A DNA stretch of 64,000 bases from Lytechinus pictus. Taxonomy: Eukaryota. The stretch is from positions 16,804,001 to 16,868,000 of the forward strand of contig NC_087250.1 of assembly GCF_037042905.1 (NCBI RefSeq), in the 5' to 3' direction. The notes beneath the pieces are model-generated. The model searched no databases. It worked only from the letters and a program-made list of their open reading frames with translations, and was not told where the DNA came from. Positions 26,395-35,914 of the stretch are shown here, piece by piece; within the stretch, counting starts at the first letter, position 1; each line of letters opens with the position of its first letter. The position numbers were made by a program, and so were the translations under genes.

Positions 26395-27782
26395 AATAGG
26401 GATAGGGCTATATATGCATAATTATTATTTTTGTTCAATACATTACACTGGAACTAAAGTCGTAGTGATCAACATCTCTTAACTGCTTTCTATTATTATC
26501 ATTTTCTTTCTTTGTATTTTTTTTATGTTGCAGGTGACATAACTGACGCGTGAGTATTCCCAAATATTGTAAAATATGAAACTTAATAAAATCCAGATTC
26601 TCCCAATAACCTCTATTTTCATTCTACTTAAATAAACTCATCCATAATGTACATTATATATCCTGGACCTAGAAGTAGTACGTGAAATACTTGGAGAACA
26701 AATACAATATTGCATGATTATTTTTAACACAGATTAACGATAATTTATCTTTATGAAATTATATTTCTGGTTTTACTTTGATGATATAACACTTAATATG
26801 ATCCAAGAAACATCATATAAGCGTCATGTCCTGATCATATATATATTTACTTTAATTTTGCTTAAGTGTTTCTAGTTGTAATTCGTTACCTAAAGCATGC
26901 AAAATATGTAGGTCCTTTTTTCTAGATAATATTTTTTAGATTATATAGCCGTATCTACGATTAAATGAAATATTGAAAAGTCCCTTTGTTTACTAAATAT
27001 CACAATATTCAAATTGTTTACAGATTTGCCTTCAAATGCCACTTCGTTAAACTTCCATACATGACTTTAAAACGGCAAAAAAGGGGTGGTTTTAATAAAG
27101 CTGCTTAACTGTCACCAGGAGGATAAGATTTTAACCTATTCACAATGTTTCCCTATTCAGACCAAAAGGTTCTCTCTCTGCACCTGAACCAGATGGTGCA
27201 ACGTCTTCGGGGAGCCCAAATGGGGCACAAACCAAATCAGAGTAAGTCTACAGAGTATCTTAAATGCTCAGTGGCTTTCGTGAAAATTTGAGTCAATTCA
27301 TTATAGCCTGAAACGTACAGCTACCAATACAAGACGGCATAGCCGTAGGGAGTAGGGACTGGCTTGCAGTGGGCAGTACCCCCCCCCCCCCCTTTACCGA
27401 TTTTTTTTTAAGAAGTATGTTTCAAAATTCACAATAAGTGTGGAGTAAATATTTCAATTTAATAAAAAAAAACATGACAAACTTGGTCACTTTGCTCCAT
27501 TTTTTTTGAAAAATTGTATGAAACTTGCCCCCACGCCCCCCCCCCCTCCCCCGTAAAAAAAACATCCCAAAAATGTCGTTCCTTCATCCCTTCTTTCTTA
27601 TTTACTAACTTGCTTACTTGCGTTCTTTCTCCCTGTCTCAGAGTCTCTTTCTTTCTTTCTTTCTTTCTTTCAATCTAGCCTTCACTATCTCTCTCTCTCT
27701 TTATATATATATTTTTTTTTTCCACGGCATTTACTAAACCTTTTGTGATTACTTTATTCCATATGCCGAAGCAGACTATTTC

Positions 27783-27850
<68 letters not shown>

Positions 27851-28340
27851 TAGTCTTACGCACACAAAAAGACTCTTGCACAAACCCCCACACATCCACC
27901 CTAACACACACTAGCACAAGCATACATCCACATTGTATACTATCTCACATGTGTGGGGGTTTTATAATCATGATTAAAAAAAAGGGTAACATGTTTTGCA
28001 TTTTTTTCCTGCTCTATTCAATGTTCACACAAGGTCATCATCAGCCTCCTCAAAAAGGCTGGATGACAAGGTTCTCTACGATCTAGCCAACGAAATCGAA
28101 AACGATGACCATCTTGATAGGCTGATGCAAGCTCTGAAAGTCCCCTCTGGGGCGCAGCAACGGTGTCACGATCTCAACAGGCTGGAAGGCCAGGTTACCG
28201 CCAGAGGAACCCACAGAATACTAATGGACTGGAGAGCCGAAACGGCAGTTGCAGAACAACACGACAGGCTGAAGGGAGCCCTCACCGATGCCAAGTTATT
28301 GGATCTAAGGGATAGATTCTTCTCCCTTGAAATCACCTGA
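4729..28340 (+). CDS. Spliced gene (19 coding exons, ~693 aa): MS4A/CD20-like 4-TM domain + ZU5 + UPA-like + death domain protein
   Basis: join(4729-4737,5596-5721,6519-6578,8680-8832,9943-10068,11200-11227,12423-12526,13040-13084,13445-13514,14813-14910,18396-18438,18738-18862,22674-22857,23226-23455,23899-24033,24934-25075,26534-26549,27161-27241,28034-28340) = 2082 nt, one open frame to TGA. All acceptors are AG; donors are GT except one GC. Four hydrophobic helices at the N-terminus, ZU5 motifs (GGTIMLPAHGISLFIP; SPGVIFEPSGTIFDTPLRLVVPHCA), HFS motif, death-domain pattern in the last exon. Confidence 0.75.
5596..5721 (+). CDS. 4TM-ZU5-DD gene exon 2, TM1 and start of TM2 (MS4A/CD20-like)
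   Basis: cctag|VSQLPAAFQISGAVFLIIFGIVAIVLSCKWSYFAAPIIVGIL|gtaggt, 126 nt, phase 0-0. Confidence 0.8.
6519..6578 (+). CDS. 4TM-ZU5-DD gene exon 3, end of TM2
   Basis: aacag|ILGPTGIIGICFSRRGIALS|gtaagc, 60 nt, phase 0-0. Confidence 0.8.
7357..7598 (-). mobile_element. CACT-terminated MITE family copy
   Basis: Reverse-orientation relative of 8374-8610 and 58571-58822 (shared gtaattatgtgtcc / ggggcagta / cactggataaa blocks). Confidence 0.6.
8374..8610 (+). mobile_element. CACT-terminated MITE family copy
   Basis: taCACTCTAAAC...TTTTACAGTGta; aligns with 58571-58822. Confidence 0.65.
8680..8832 (+). CDS. 4TM-ZU5-DD gene exon 4, TM3 and Cys-pair loop
   Basis: catcag|PTRHRSYRVLSCISSLISLALVAFYCSVAALEDASQCTPGLMSSSFSCEQL|gtgagt, 153 nt. 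Confidence 0.8.
9943..10068 (+). CDS. 4TM-ZU5-DD gene exon 5, TM4
   Basis: aaag|ETRRAIDGVVAAVACLEFIVCIQIGLEVQWCTCLGRRATATK|gtgagc, 126 nt; D-x9-EF pattern resembles MS4A TM4. Confidence 0.8.
10476..10767. mobile_element. PIF/Harbinger-like MITE
   Basis: TIR AGGTCTGGTCCCACT / AATGGGACCAGGCCT with TAA target-site duplication. Confidence 0.65.
11200..11227 (+). CDS. 4TM-ZU5-DD gene exon 6 (short linker exon)
   Basis: ttatag|TLSPQNLDG-G|gtaatt, phase 0-1; an in-frame alternative acceptor (ctccgcag) would start the exon at 11215. Confidence 0.6.
11630..12305. mobile_element. Tc1/mariner-like MITE, right end truncated
   Basis: CAGTGCGTCCCACAAAAAACGAAACC terminus, same family as 56955-57774 and 58833-59635; ends near a (TA)n tract. 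Confidence 0.75.
12328..12392. repeat. (TA)n microsatellite
   Basis: Pure TA run; similar runs at 26325-26392 and 27788-27848. Confidence 0.95.
12423..12526 (+). CDS. 4TM-ZU5-DD gene exon 7 (linker)
   Basis: tttag|(G)ADNTGYEGGDNENTIIRRKKLVGGDMRGIRRTTK|gtaatt, phase 1-0. Confidence 0.7.
13040..13084 (+). CDS. 4TM-ZU5-DD gene exon 8 (linker)
   Basis: ttacag|YPASTNDLLDTRMFK|gtaagg, phase 0-0. Confidence 0.7.
13445..13514 (+). CDS. 4TM-ZU5-DD gene exon 9 (linker; GC donor)
   Basis: atcag|STGPTQDLEELCGPPSVPRNISE-G|gcaagt; supplies the phase 0-to-1 shift the next exon needs. Confidence 0.6.
13561..13993. mobile_element. MITE with a second palindromic MITE nested at 13616-13829
   Basis: Outer TIR GGGGAAGTTGCAAGAAA / TTTCTTGCAACATCCC; inner GGGGTGTTTCACAAAGATTTAAGTA / TACTTAAATCTTTGTGAACACCCCC. 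Confidence 0.6.
14009..14288. mobile_element. PIF/Harbinger-like MITE
   Basis: GGCC...GGCC termini with TTA TSD; related copy in opposite orientation at 41404-41716. Confidence 0.7.
14813..14910 (+). CDS. 4TM-ZU5-DD gene exon 10 (linker)
   Basis: cttcag|(G)LDELGAGASGGVRMPDSELFLPHSRLEKLAVH|gttcgt; only phase 1 is open; donor weak, so the end is uncertain. Confidence 0.55.
15040..18320. repeat. 3.3-kb intronic satellite built from CACAGTG/TGTGTTCACAG units with higher-order duplication
   Basis: Hundreds of degenerate cacagtg units; unique landmarks recur (aggttgcttcc 15402/16860; gatcagggccatatc 16240/17965). Confidence 0.9.
18396..18438 (+). CDS. 4TM-ZU5-DD gene exon 11 (acidic)
   Basis: aatag|DQFLDDMEEDPDDD-|gtatgt, phase 0-1. 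Confidence 0.7.
18738..18862 (+). CDS. 4TM-ZU5-DD gene exon 12, ZU5 domain N-half
   Basis: attcag|DPDMSSQMIHPSRGGTIMLPAHGISLFIPVWALRKECRITMK|gtaggc; GG-x-I-x4-GISLxIP-x-AL ZU5 signature. Confidence 0.85.
19025..19179. mobile_element. Palindromic MITE
   Basis: gtttcataaagctgttcgtaagt...acttacgaacaactttatgaaac inverted arms. Confidence 0.6.
19896..22324. mobile_element. 2.4-kb non-autonomous foldback element, ~660-bp TIRs, 5-bp TSD
   Basis: TGTTACACCCACAAATG ... CATTTGTGGGTGCAACA; ACCCC duplicated at 19891-19895 and 22325-22329; arms carry tandem cccacaaatgtaataa and ttccagacccggtt subrepeats. Confidence 0.85.
22674..22857 (+). CDS. 4TM-ZU5-DD gene exon 13, ZU5 domain C-half
   Basis: tttag|VLPQPSSPLITEDEAFVSPGVIFEPSGTIFDTPLRLVVPHCAILTDPSMAMVNMHVTQGDK|gtgaat; SP..PSG..F..P..L..PHCA ZU5 signature. 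Confidence 0.85.
23226..23455 (+). CDS. 4TM-ZU5-DD gene exon 14, end of ZU5 (HFS motif) and start of UPA-like region
   Basis: tttag|VTKEELSPTGMPRCVVRQDMIEVYINHFSICEMF...RLYNDTPGLED|gtgaga, phase 1-0. Confidence 0.85.
23899..24033 (+). CDS. 4TM-ZU5-DD gene exon 15, UPA-like region
   Basis: aaacag|IIGTEEEKLGYVKMAPTKKIFVLWEKGELKIKCDVNSGHVTESEK|gtaaat. Confidence 0.75.
24340..24535 (-). mobile_element. SINE fragment (body of the tRNA-derived SINE family)
   Basis: Shares ccggctaagctag / cctgccggtacccatt / gctgaaggaaaacacgccatgg with 44820-45105. Confidence 0.7.
24808..24876. mobile_element. 69-bp hairpin micro-MITE with 8-bp TSD
   Basis: 32-bp arms CAACGAACGTAGAGGGCAGC.../...GCTGCCCTCTACGTTCGTTG, 5-nt loop; GGCATTAG duplicated at 24800-24807 and 24877-24884. 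Confidence 0.8.
24934..25075 (+). CDS. 4TM-ZU5-DD gene exon 16, UPA-like region
   Basis: cgtag|AVSLDEIYRLDRNVLNFLVKASGNSDVFFTFQFRPHCDDGHAFSAKF-G|gtaagc. Confidence 0.75.
25239..25660. repeat. (TAG)n microsatellite
   Basis: ~420 bp of agtagtagt with interruptions. Confidence 0.95.
26534..26549 (+). CDS. 4TM-ZU5-DD gene exon 17 (16-nt microexon)
   Basis: Long polypyrimidine tract, ttgcag|GT GAC ATA ACT GAC GC|gtgagt; phase 1-2 bridges the flanking exons. Confidence 0.65.
27161..27241 (+). CDS. 4TM-ZU5-DD gene exon 18 (Ser/Gly/Pro linker)
   Basis: attcag|APKGSLSAPEPDGATSSGSPNGAQTKSE|gtaagt, phase 2-2. Confidence 0.7.
28034..28340 (+). CDS. 4TM-ZU5-DD gene terminal exon, death domain
   Basis: SSSASSKRLDDKVLYDLANEIENDDHLDRLMQALKV...THRILMDWRAET...DRLKGALTDAKLLDLRDRFFSLEIT*; L..LA..I / IL..W / L..AL helical death-fold pattern. 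Confidence 0.8.
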
Positions 28341-28578
28341 AAATTGAAAACACTACTAGTATATGGTCAGAGAAATGACCACTACAAATTTATAAATGTG
28401 TATCATATTTTTATGAAATTGTATTGACCGGAAAAAACACTGGCAAATTTGAATGTAAATTGTATAGACTGGATTAAGCCAGTCATTTTGTTTTCTGGTT
28501 TCTTGTTTTGTATCATTTTGCTTTGTCTACTTTTTTGTATATTTCAAAAGTTAACAGAGCAGAAATGGAAATAGAAAT

Positions 28579-28790
28579 ATAAAGTGATCATTTTACTGCG
28601 CTGTTATAGGCCTATGTATTTAGGTTTTATTACTCAATTTGATATTTATTTTTGTATTCCTCTAGTCGGAGAAAGATATTATACATAAAGTGATCATTTT
28701 ACTGCGCTGTTATAGGCCTATGTATTTAGGTTTTATTACTCAATTTGATATTTATTTTTGTATTCCTCCAGTCGGAGAAAGATATTATAC
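28579..28790 (+). repeat. 106-bp tandem duplication in the 3' UTR
   Basis: ataaagtgatcattttactgcg...gaaagatattatac present twice, one mismatch seen. Confidence 0.85.
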
Positions 28791-28791
28791 A

Positions 28792-28834
<43 letters not shown>

Positions 28835-28921
28835 CACAGACTTATTCGCGCAATGTGTATTTTAAATGAATATTATTTATATTGTAAATAACGGGGATCC
28901 ATTTTCATTTGTGTGTCGTTG

Positions 28922-28927
28922 AATAAA
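28922..28927 (+). terminator. Candidate polyadenylation signal AATAAA for the 4TM-ZU5-DD gene
   Basis: AATAAA ~580 nt after the stop codon. Confidence 0.35.
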
Positions 28928-31283
28928 TACTGTTAACATTTTACGCAATGCAGGCGCGGATCCAGAGTTGAAATTTTACGGGGTGCTTCAGGATCCAGGA
29001 TTTTTTTAAAAAGGGGTGGCACATTTTACATGTTTATGGGCGAAAATCTCAGGGGGACAGGGGGGGGGGGAGACGCGTCCCCCTACCCAAATGGTAGGGG
29101 GCACAATTTCAAATGTCCCCTACTATGTTTGGTATTTTATGATGGAAAAATATACATCATTCAAAATCGAAATAAAACATGTAATTAGGACGAGATGACC
29201 TTGCTTGTCAAATTTATTTTTGTCAAAATGACCTTTAAAAAATTTGGGGATGATAACCTTTTTTCTTTTTCTTTTTTTTTTGCTTATCAAATTTCCAAGG
29301 GGTAACCCGTTGAGAAATTGACAAGGTTGTCACCTAATTATAAGGTCATTGATTCGTCCGCCCCCCCCCCCCACCGCCCTAGATCTGAGCCTGCAATGTG
29401 TGAATATCCATCTTTCCCTGAAACATGTTTATAATTATGAATGCCTATTTCACGCAGTACTGGATTTCGGAATTATCAATTTTAGAAATTATATAAGCAC
29501 ATGCAGAACCCGGCACCTACTTATTAAAACTCGTTAAAAATGCCTGGGGTTGCTTTTATTTATATGTATTTATGCATCGTATATTTCTGTGCAATTCGTA
29601 GATATATCAATATTTGAGTTATATATTAAAACAAGAACAACAGGTCGGTGAGCACTTTTCTCATACAAACTTTCTCGTACAAAAAAAGCTATTTAAAAAG
29701 TGCATTGAAAATGTAGTGATGAAATATATATGAAATATTCGGGTACGTGGATAGAAGATTTCAAATGTAAATAGTCGGTATTCCATAGAAGAAAGGTGAA
29801 TGGCTTACTATTGTAAAACTATCATACTGAGTTCTTTGTTACGCCTATAATGAACGTACATGCATGCATCAAATAATATGAAATGAATTAGGCAATTGAT
29901 ATCGTTATTGTTTATGGATCATGCACAACGCTGATGTATTACACTGTATGAAAGTTGTTAAGAATTTTGAGCACGTTGTTTAAGCCCTTCAATCTAACGA
30001 CTATTGTTTAAACTTTTTAAGCAACTGTTTAAACTTTTTTAAACAACTGTTTAAACTTTTTAAACAAGTTGTTTAAAAGATCAAACAATTACACAAAGTT
30101 TAAACAACTTGTTAAAGTGACAGGCTTAAACAACGTTATTTTTTAATTTTTTTACGGTTTAATGAATACAGATTGTACTGTACGGTGACTTACTGACGTT
30201 ACGGAAATCTCAAACTTTGAGAGGCATAACTAAAATTTGTAATGAATGCCGTTAAAACAGGAGTGTGCCCCCCCCTTAAAAAGTAAAGACATTTTTTTTG
30301 CTTGTCAAGTTTTTCATGGACAAAATTTTTGGTTAAAACCCTTCGTTGGTTTGTTTTATGGGCTTGTCAAATTTTCATCGAGAAAATGCCCCCCCCCCTT
30401 TTCGGAAATCCTAGATCCGCCCCTGGTTACACCATATAGCAACACCCCGCCCCCTTCATCCTCCACGTTCGAAAAAGAAATATGTACAAAACCATCGAAC
30501 TACTCACCCTATATGTACTTTTGATAATTTTATTATTTTCATTATATTTTCTTTGCTTTTTCTTTCTTTTTTGTCATAAGTAATTATATGCGATCCGTTT
30601 TCTTTGTAATCATGGAAATGAATAAAGAAAGTAGGGGGCCTACTCGTCCGATGGTTGTGTTTGTATGCATGTGTGTTTTAATGCTCTATCTCTCTCGTTC
30701 TTTCTATGGTCTGCCCCCCCCCCCACTGCTTTTCTTCGTCTACAATGGTAAATTATCCCTTTAATTTGCTCTGAAGCACCTTTAACATCTAATTAAGATG
30801 GGAAAAGCGCTATATAAGCCTACATATTTTATATAAATTGTATTATCATTTCGATATGTGATGCAACTGCGAAGAAAACTAAATGCTTATGAAACTTGAA
30901 CTTCATTACTTTTGAGGTTGTATCGTGATAATAGCTAAATAAATATATATATATATATATATACATGACTAGTGTGCAGTGATTAAATTCAATATCGGGG
31001 CCTAGCATATTATGTCCAAAATGGAAATTCGTTTCTTTTTATGTCAATACCAGAATATTCAGGAAGATAAAAAGAAGATGGATACAGAAATTAATATATG
31101 CAAGCATCGATAATAGGTAATGAGACTGATCATACTGCCACTGACTAATAATTTATTTCAATTAAATTTTGTTTAAAATTGTTATTCACAGATGGAATGT
31201 TATAAACCTAAGCCTTATTTACTCCTATATTCAAAATTTCAGATAACTATGATATTTTTGGTTAAACTGATGATTCATATTAG

Positions 31284-32288
31284 TTTTTGTCTCACCTGCA
31301 TAGCAGAGTGAGACTATAGGCGCCGCTTTTCCGACGGCGACGGCGGCGGCGGCGGCGGCGGCGACGGCGGCGGCGGCGGCGACGGCGACGGCGACGGCGG
31401 CGTCAACACCAAATCTTAACCTGAGGTTAAGTTTTTGAAATGACAGCATAACTTAGAAAGTATATGGACCTAGTTCATGAAACTTGGCCATAAGGTTAAT
31501 CAAGTATTACTGAACATCCTGCCTGAGTTTCATGTCACATGACCAAGGTCAAAGGTCATTTAGGGTCAATGAACTTAGACCATGTTGGGGGAATCAACAT
31601 CAAAATCTTAACCTAAGGTTAAGTTTTTGAAATGTCATCATAACTTAGAAAATATATGGACCTAGTTCATGAAACTTGGCCATAAGGTTAATCAAGTATC
31701 ACTGAACATCCTGCATGAGTTTCACGTCACATGACCAAGGTCAAAGGTCATTTAGGGTCAATGAACTTTGGCCGAATGGGGGTATCTGTTGAATTACCAT
31801 CATAACTTTGAATGTTTATGGATCTGATTCATGAAACTTGGACATAATAGTAATCAAGTATTACTGAACATCCTGTGCAAGTTTCAGGTCACATGATCAA
31901 GGTCAAAGGTCATTTAGGGTCAATGAACTTTGGCCAAATTGGGGTATTTGTTGAATTACAGCCATAAATTTGAAAGTGTGTTGGTCTAGTTCATAAAACT
32001 TGGACATAATAGTAATCAAGTATCACTGAACATCCTGTGCGAGTTTCAGGTCACATGATCAAGGTCAAAGGTCATGTAAGGTCAAAGAACTTTGGCCACG
32101 TTGGGGGTATTTGTTGAATTGCCATCATATCTCTATAAGTGTATTGGTCTAGTTCATAAAACGTGGAAATAAGAGTAACCAAGTATCACTGAACATCTTG
32201 TGCGAGTTATAGTAGTTTTCAAAATCAGCACTGCTGCTATATTGAATCGCGTGATGCAGGTGAGACGGCCAGAGGCATTCCACTTGTT
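31284..32288 (+). mobile_element. Helentron/DINE-like non-autonomous element with internal tandem repeats
   Basis: Sub-terminal IR GTCTCACCTGCA / TGCAGGTGAGAC, (GGC)n microsatellite near the 5' end, five ~162-191-bp tandem units (catgaaacttgg...aaggtcaaaggtca), T-rich insertion site. Confidence 0.7.
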
Positions 32289-34637
32289 TCCCTTTCTGAT
32301 CAATCGAATTAATTTGTTGTTGGATATAATGGCGACCATGTCATATTCGACTATTGCCGCCAACTCGTTACTCTTTTTTTCCTCCTTCCAAATTTTCGTT
32401 TATTTTTTTCCCTTTTTCGTTTCTTTCCTTTTCTTTTCCTCAATCTTTACTCTCCCATTTTTGAAGTATTTTTTGCAGTGATTTCTTCTTTTTAATTGTT
32501 ATTTTCCTTAGAATGATTATTAAAAATGAGGAAATTTGGTTTTCAACTATATTAAAACTGAAATATACACAACAAAAAAAGTAAGTCCCCCCTAAATCAA
32601 ATTGCTGTAACTTTTGAACGGAATTATTTTGAGATATGATATTTCGTAGGTGGTTTTTTACACTCATTGAGCAACTCCTGGTGAAAAATTAGATTGATCG
32701 GTTGAGTCATGCATGAGTAATTAAAGATTGAATTAAAAATGACAATTTTTGAAAGTCACAAGAGTCGTTTTTCAGATTGTGCAAATACAAAGTTGGGCAA
32801 AATCTGTTTTTAGGTGAATTTTATGGTGTTATGCTGTTTTATTATCCATCATTAGCCACTCCACACACAATTTTGATATCGTATGTTCATGGTTGAGTGA
32901 GCACAACGTATTGCATGGGCCGCGGAAGCGGGGGGGGGGGGGGGTGGGGGGTGGCTTCAGCCCCCCTCCCACTTTTTTCCAAAAGCATGTACAAAAATGT
33001 AAAAATGACCATACGATTGTAATTTTTTGCATGGTCAGCACCCCCCCCCCCCCCCCCCCCACTTTGAAAACCGTAATTCCGTGGCCTCTGTATTGTGACG
33101 TATCTTCATAGGGGTTTATGGTAGTATCCTCTACAACTTGTTAGATCATGTTGAAATTTGAAAATGTTGGTGTCTCCCCCGATTATAGGCCCCTCCCCCA
33201 TTTTAAGATTCTGGATCCATCACTGATTTGTCCATAAATTAAACTGATCATGAGAAATTGTTAGGAAAAGAATACATTTATTCAGTATAAAGAGATCATT
33301 CCTAAGTTTTCGAATGTGCTCGCTCAACCATGAAAATGTTTTAAGTTCGGAAAGTGTGTGGTGATAGAAATGATGGATGATAAAAACAACAGCAATTAAA
33401 GTCACATTTGAAACCGAATTTGCCCCCAATATTCACTTTATTACCCTTTAAAATGAGTCTGTGACATTGAAAATACAAATTTTCCCTCTTTGATGCGTGC
33501 TCACTCATCCATAAATAAACAAATCGATTTCATTTTTGCACATAATTCTGACCATAGGTTGATAAACATTACTGCCAAATGACGTGGCTAAAGACAGCCT
33601 TGATAAAAAGTTCCACCATATTGAATAAGGGGTTACTTATTCTTAAACATATGCACCCATAATGTACACAAGTCTATGAGAGAGGAAGTCAAAAATTTAA
33701 CAAACATGAAATGAGGGTTTGTTTCATGGACGGTTTTTGTTACTTCTGCCAACAGTTATTTCATGAAACTTCGCAGATGGCTTTAGAGTAACACTATCCA
33801 AAAGGCGCGCACACCAAAATAACCATTCGATACGGCACAGAGTGGGGCCAAGGCCTTGAACTTTCTTCTCATTTGCATAATTTTCGAATATTGTGTGCTC
33901 ACTGATGCATTAAACATCGGGATTTTCATAAAAATCAAATCAAATGAACTATGCAAGGAGGTTTATGACAGATATCCATAGTTACAAATTGTTTTTTTTC
34001 CAATAACGTAAAAAAGAACTAATCACATTCCACATAGTTCATTCAAGCGTGAATGTTTATTTAAACGCCTTTGAATCATTGAAGCATGTCAATTGGTCAT
34101 GAACATAACGAAAAAGTTGAGAAAAAATCATTTTCAGTTACCAAAATTAAACAATACATGCCTATGATATTTGAAAATCGTATTTTTTGTTTTCAATAAA
34201 TGTTTATTGAACCGTGAAACGATTAATATTGTTGAAGATTTCCCAAAACTTCCCAAAAATAACTGTCATCATATTTTATCATTTTATTGATAGAAATGTG
34301 TAAAAATTCAATTATAGCAAATTTGGACTTGTGTTTATTCAACCGTGAAATTTAGCCAAAAAGTTGTATCGTCTTTTAGAAAGTACCTTTCACAAGCCTT
34401 CTGACTATTTTTCATGATGAGAATGTGGAATTAGTTCTAATAAAATGGAATCAAAGTCATGATATTTGGCTTGTGACTTTTGAAAAGTGACATTTTTGCT
34501 TTCTGACGGTGCTCACTGAAGCATGACGTAAAATACGTCCATAACAGTTACTCAGAGGATAGCTTATAAAATTACCTACACGCTCATGTAAAAATATATA
34601 AAAACTCGCATTGGTTCGGAAATTATTGATGTTTGTT

Positions 34638-35156
34638 CCCGGGGGGGGGGGGGGGGCACTCAGTATATAATGCATAGTGGGTATGTGCCGCGGAGGGGAC
34701 CCCCATTTTTACACTCAAATTTCCGTTCCGAGGCATAGCATTTTTGTCTTATTGAGAAAAAAGAACAAAGAAAGTCGCTCCAGAGCATAGCACTTTCTTC
34801 TTCTCGAGAAAAAAGAAAAAAAAAATCCGCTCCAGGGCTTCGCATATTTTCCGTTACGCCGTTCCGTTCGCAATTTTGGTGAAAAGCGGCCGCAGCTCGC
34901 TGTCCGACCATCGCCTCTGCGCTAGGGCGCCCGTCAGTCGTGCCACCGAGCTTGCTGCAAGTACGTTCCATAGGGTTGCATACGCACTCGCACGCAGGCG
35001 ACCCGTTCCAAGGACCCCCGTTTTCACAAACATTTGTAGTTCCGAAGCCCGTTCCGAGGACCCTCCTTTTTACAATCAGCCCGCTCCAAGGCCCCCGTTT
35101 TTTGTCTCGCCCGCGGCACACCCCTACCACTTTTTTGGTCGAGTGCCCCCCCCGGG
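34638..35156. mobile_element. GC-rich MITE with 8-bp TSD upstream of SARAF
   Basis: CCCGGGGG..GGCACTC / GAGTGCCCCCCCCGGG termini; TGTTTGTT duplicated at 34630-34637 and 35157-35164. Confidence 0.75.
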
Positions 35157-35838
35157 TGTTTGTTTAAGGGGGGACTTACTTTTTGTTGTTGTGTATATAT
35201 TGAAAGAATGAGTGAATTTGAAACTACATGAATTGGCCCTTTAATAATCATTTTCAAAATCGTTCATATATAGCTAATCCTATATTGATAGATCTCCCCA
35301 AACGCACCCAATACTACAAAAAATAAAGGAAAATGTTTTTAACTGGCAGAAGTACTACCGTACGTCACAAGTCTTGTCAGTTGCATCACTATAGGAATTC
35401 AATAGATTACACATAAGACTTGTACACGTCATTCTTATGCGAATGAATATGCAATACTCCCAAAATAGCGACATAAACAAAGGTTTTCCATTATTCAGCT
35501 CCATGTAGCTTGCCATAAGATCGAGAAGCAGATATACATACATATACCACTACGTATTGTGCCCAGTGGCATTGGAAGAATTTCTAAAAACGAACTAGAT
35601 CTTTAATTTTTGAAAATAAGGAATCTGGGTTTTCAACTCGATTAGAACTGAAATACATTTATTATAGATAATTGTTCGTTGATTTCTGAAATTTTGAGCC
35701 AGCGGGAAACTGGAAATTTAAGCAATCTGAGAAGGAAAAGAAGACGACCAGGCGGAAAAACTTTGCACAAATCTGAACAGGTGGGACAACGAACTACGGT
35801 TACGCTCATTGAAGCATCTGCGAGAGAAAATTAGAAAG

Positions 35839-35914
35839 ATGAAGGCGTCGATTGTGGTCTGCTCCGTTTTCATCGTGAGTTTAACAGGTGTGATAGAAGC
35901 AGCATTTGGCTTTG
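35839..35914 (+). CDS. SARAF: SARAF exon 1 (signal peptide)
   Basis: MKASIVVCSVFIVSLTGVIEAAFGF-G|gtaagt. Confidence 0.85.

Noticed and set aside
31231..31449. Poly-Ala ORF
   Set aside because: Translation of the (GGC)n tract inside the Helentron-like element.
34660..35257. Overlapping 75-156-aa ORFs suggesting a gene
   Set aside because: Lie largely within a GC-rich MITE bounded by TIRs and an 8-bp TSD; no recognisable protein motifs.
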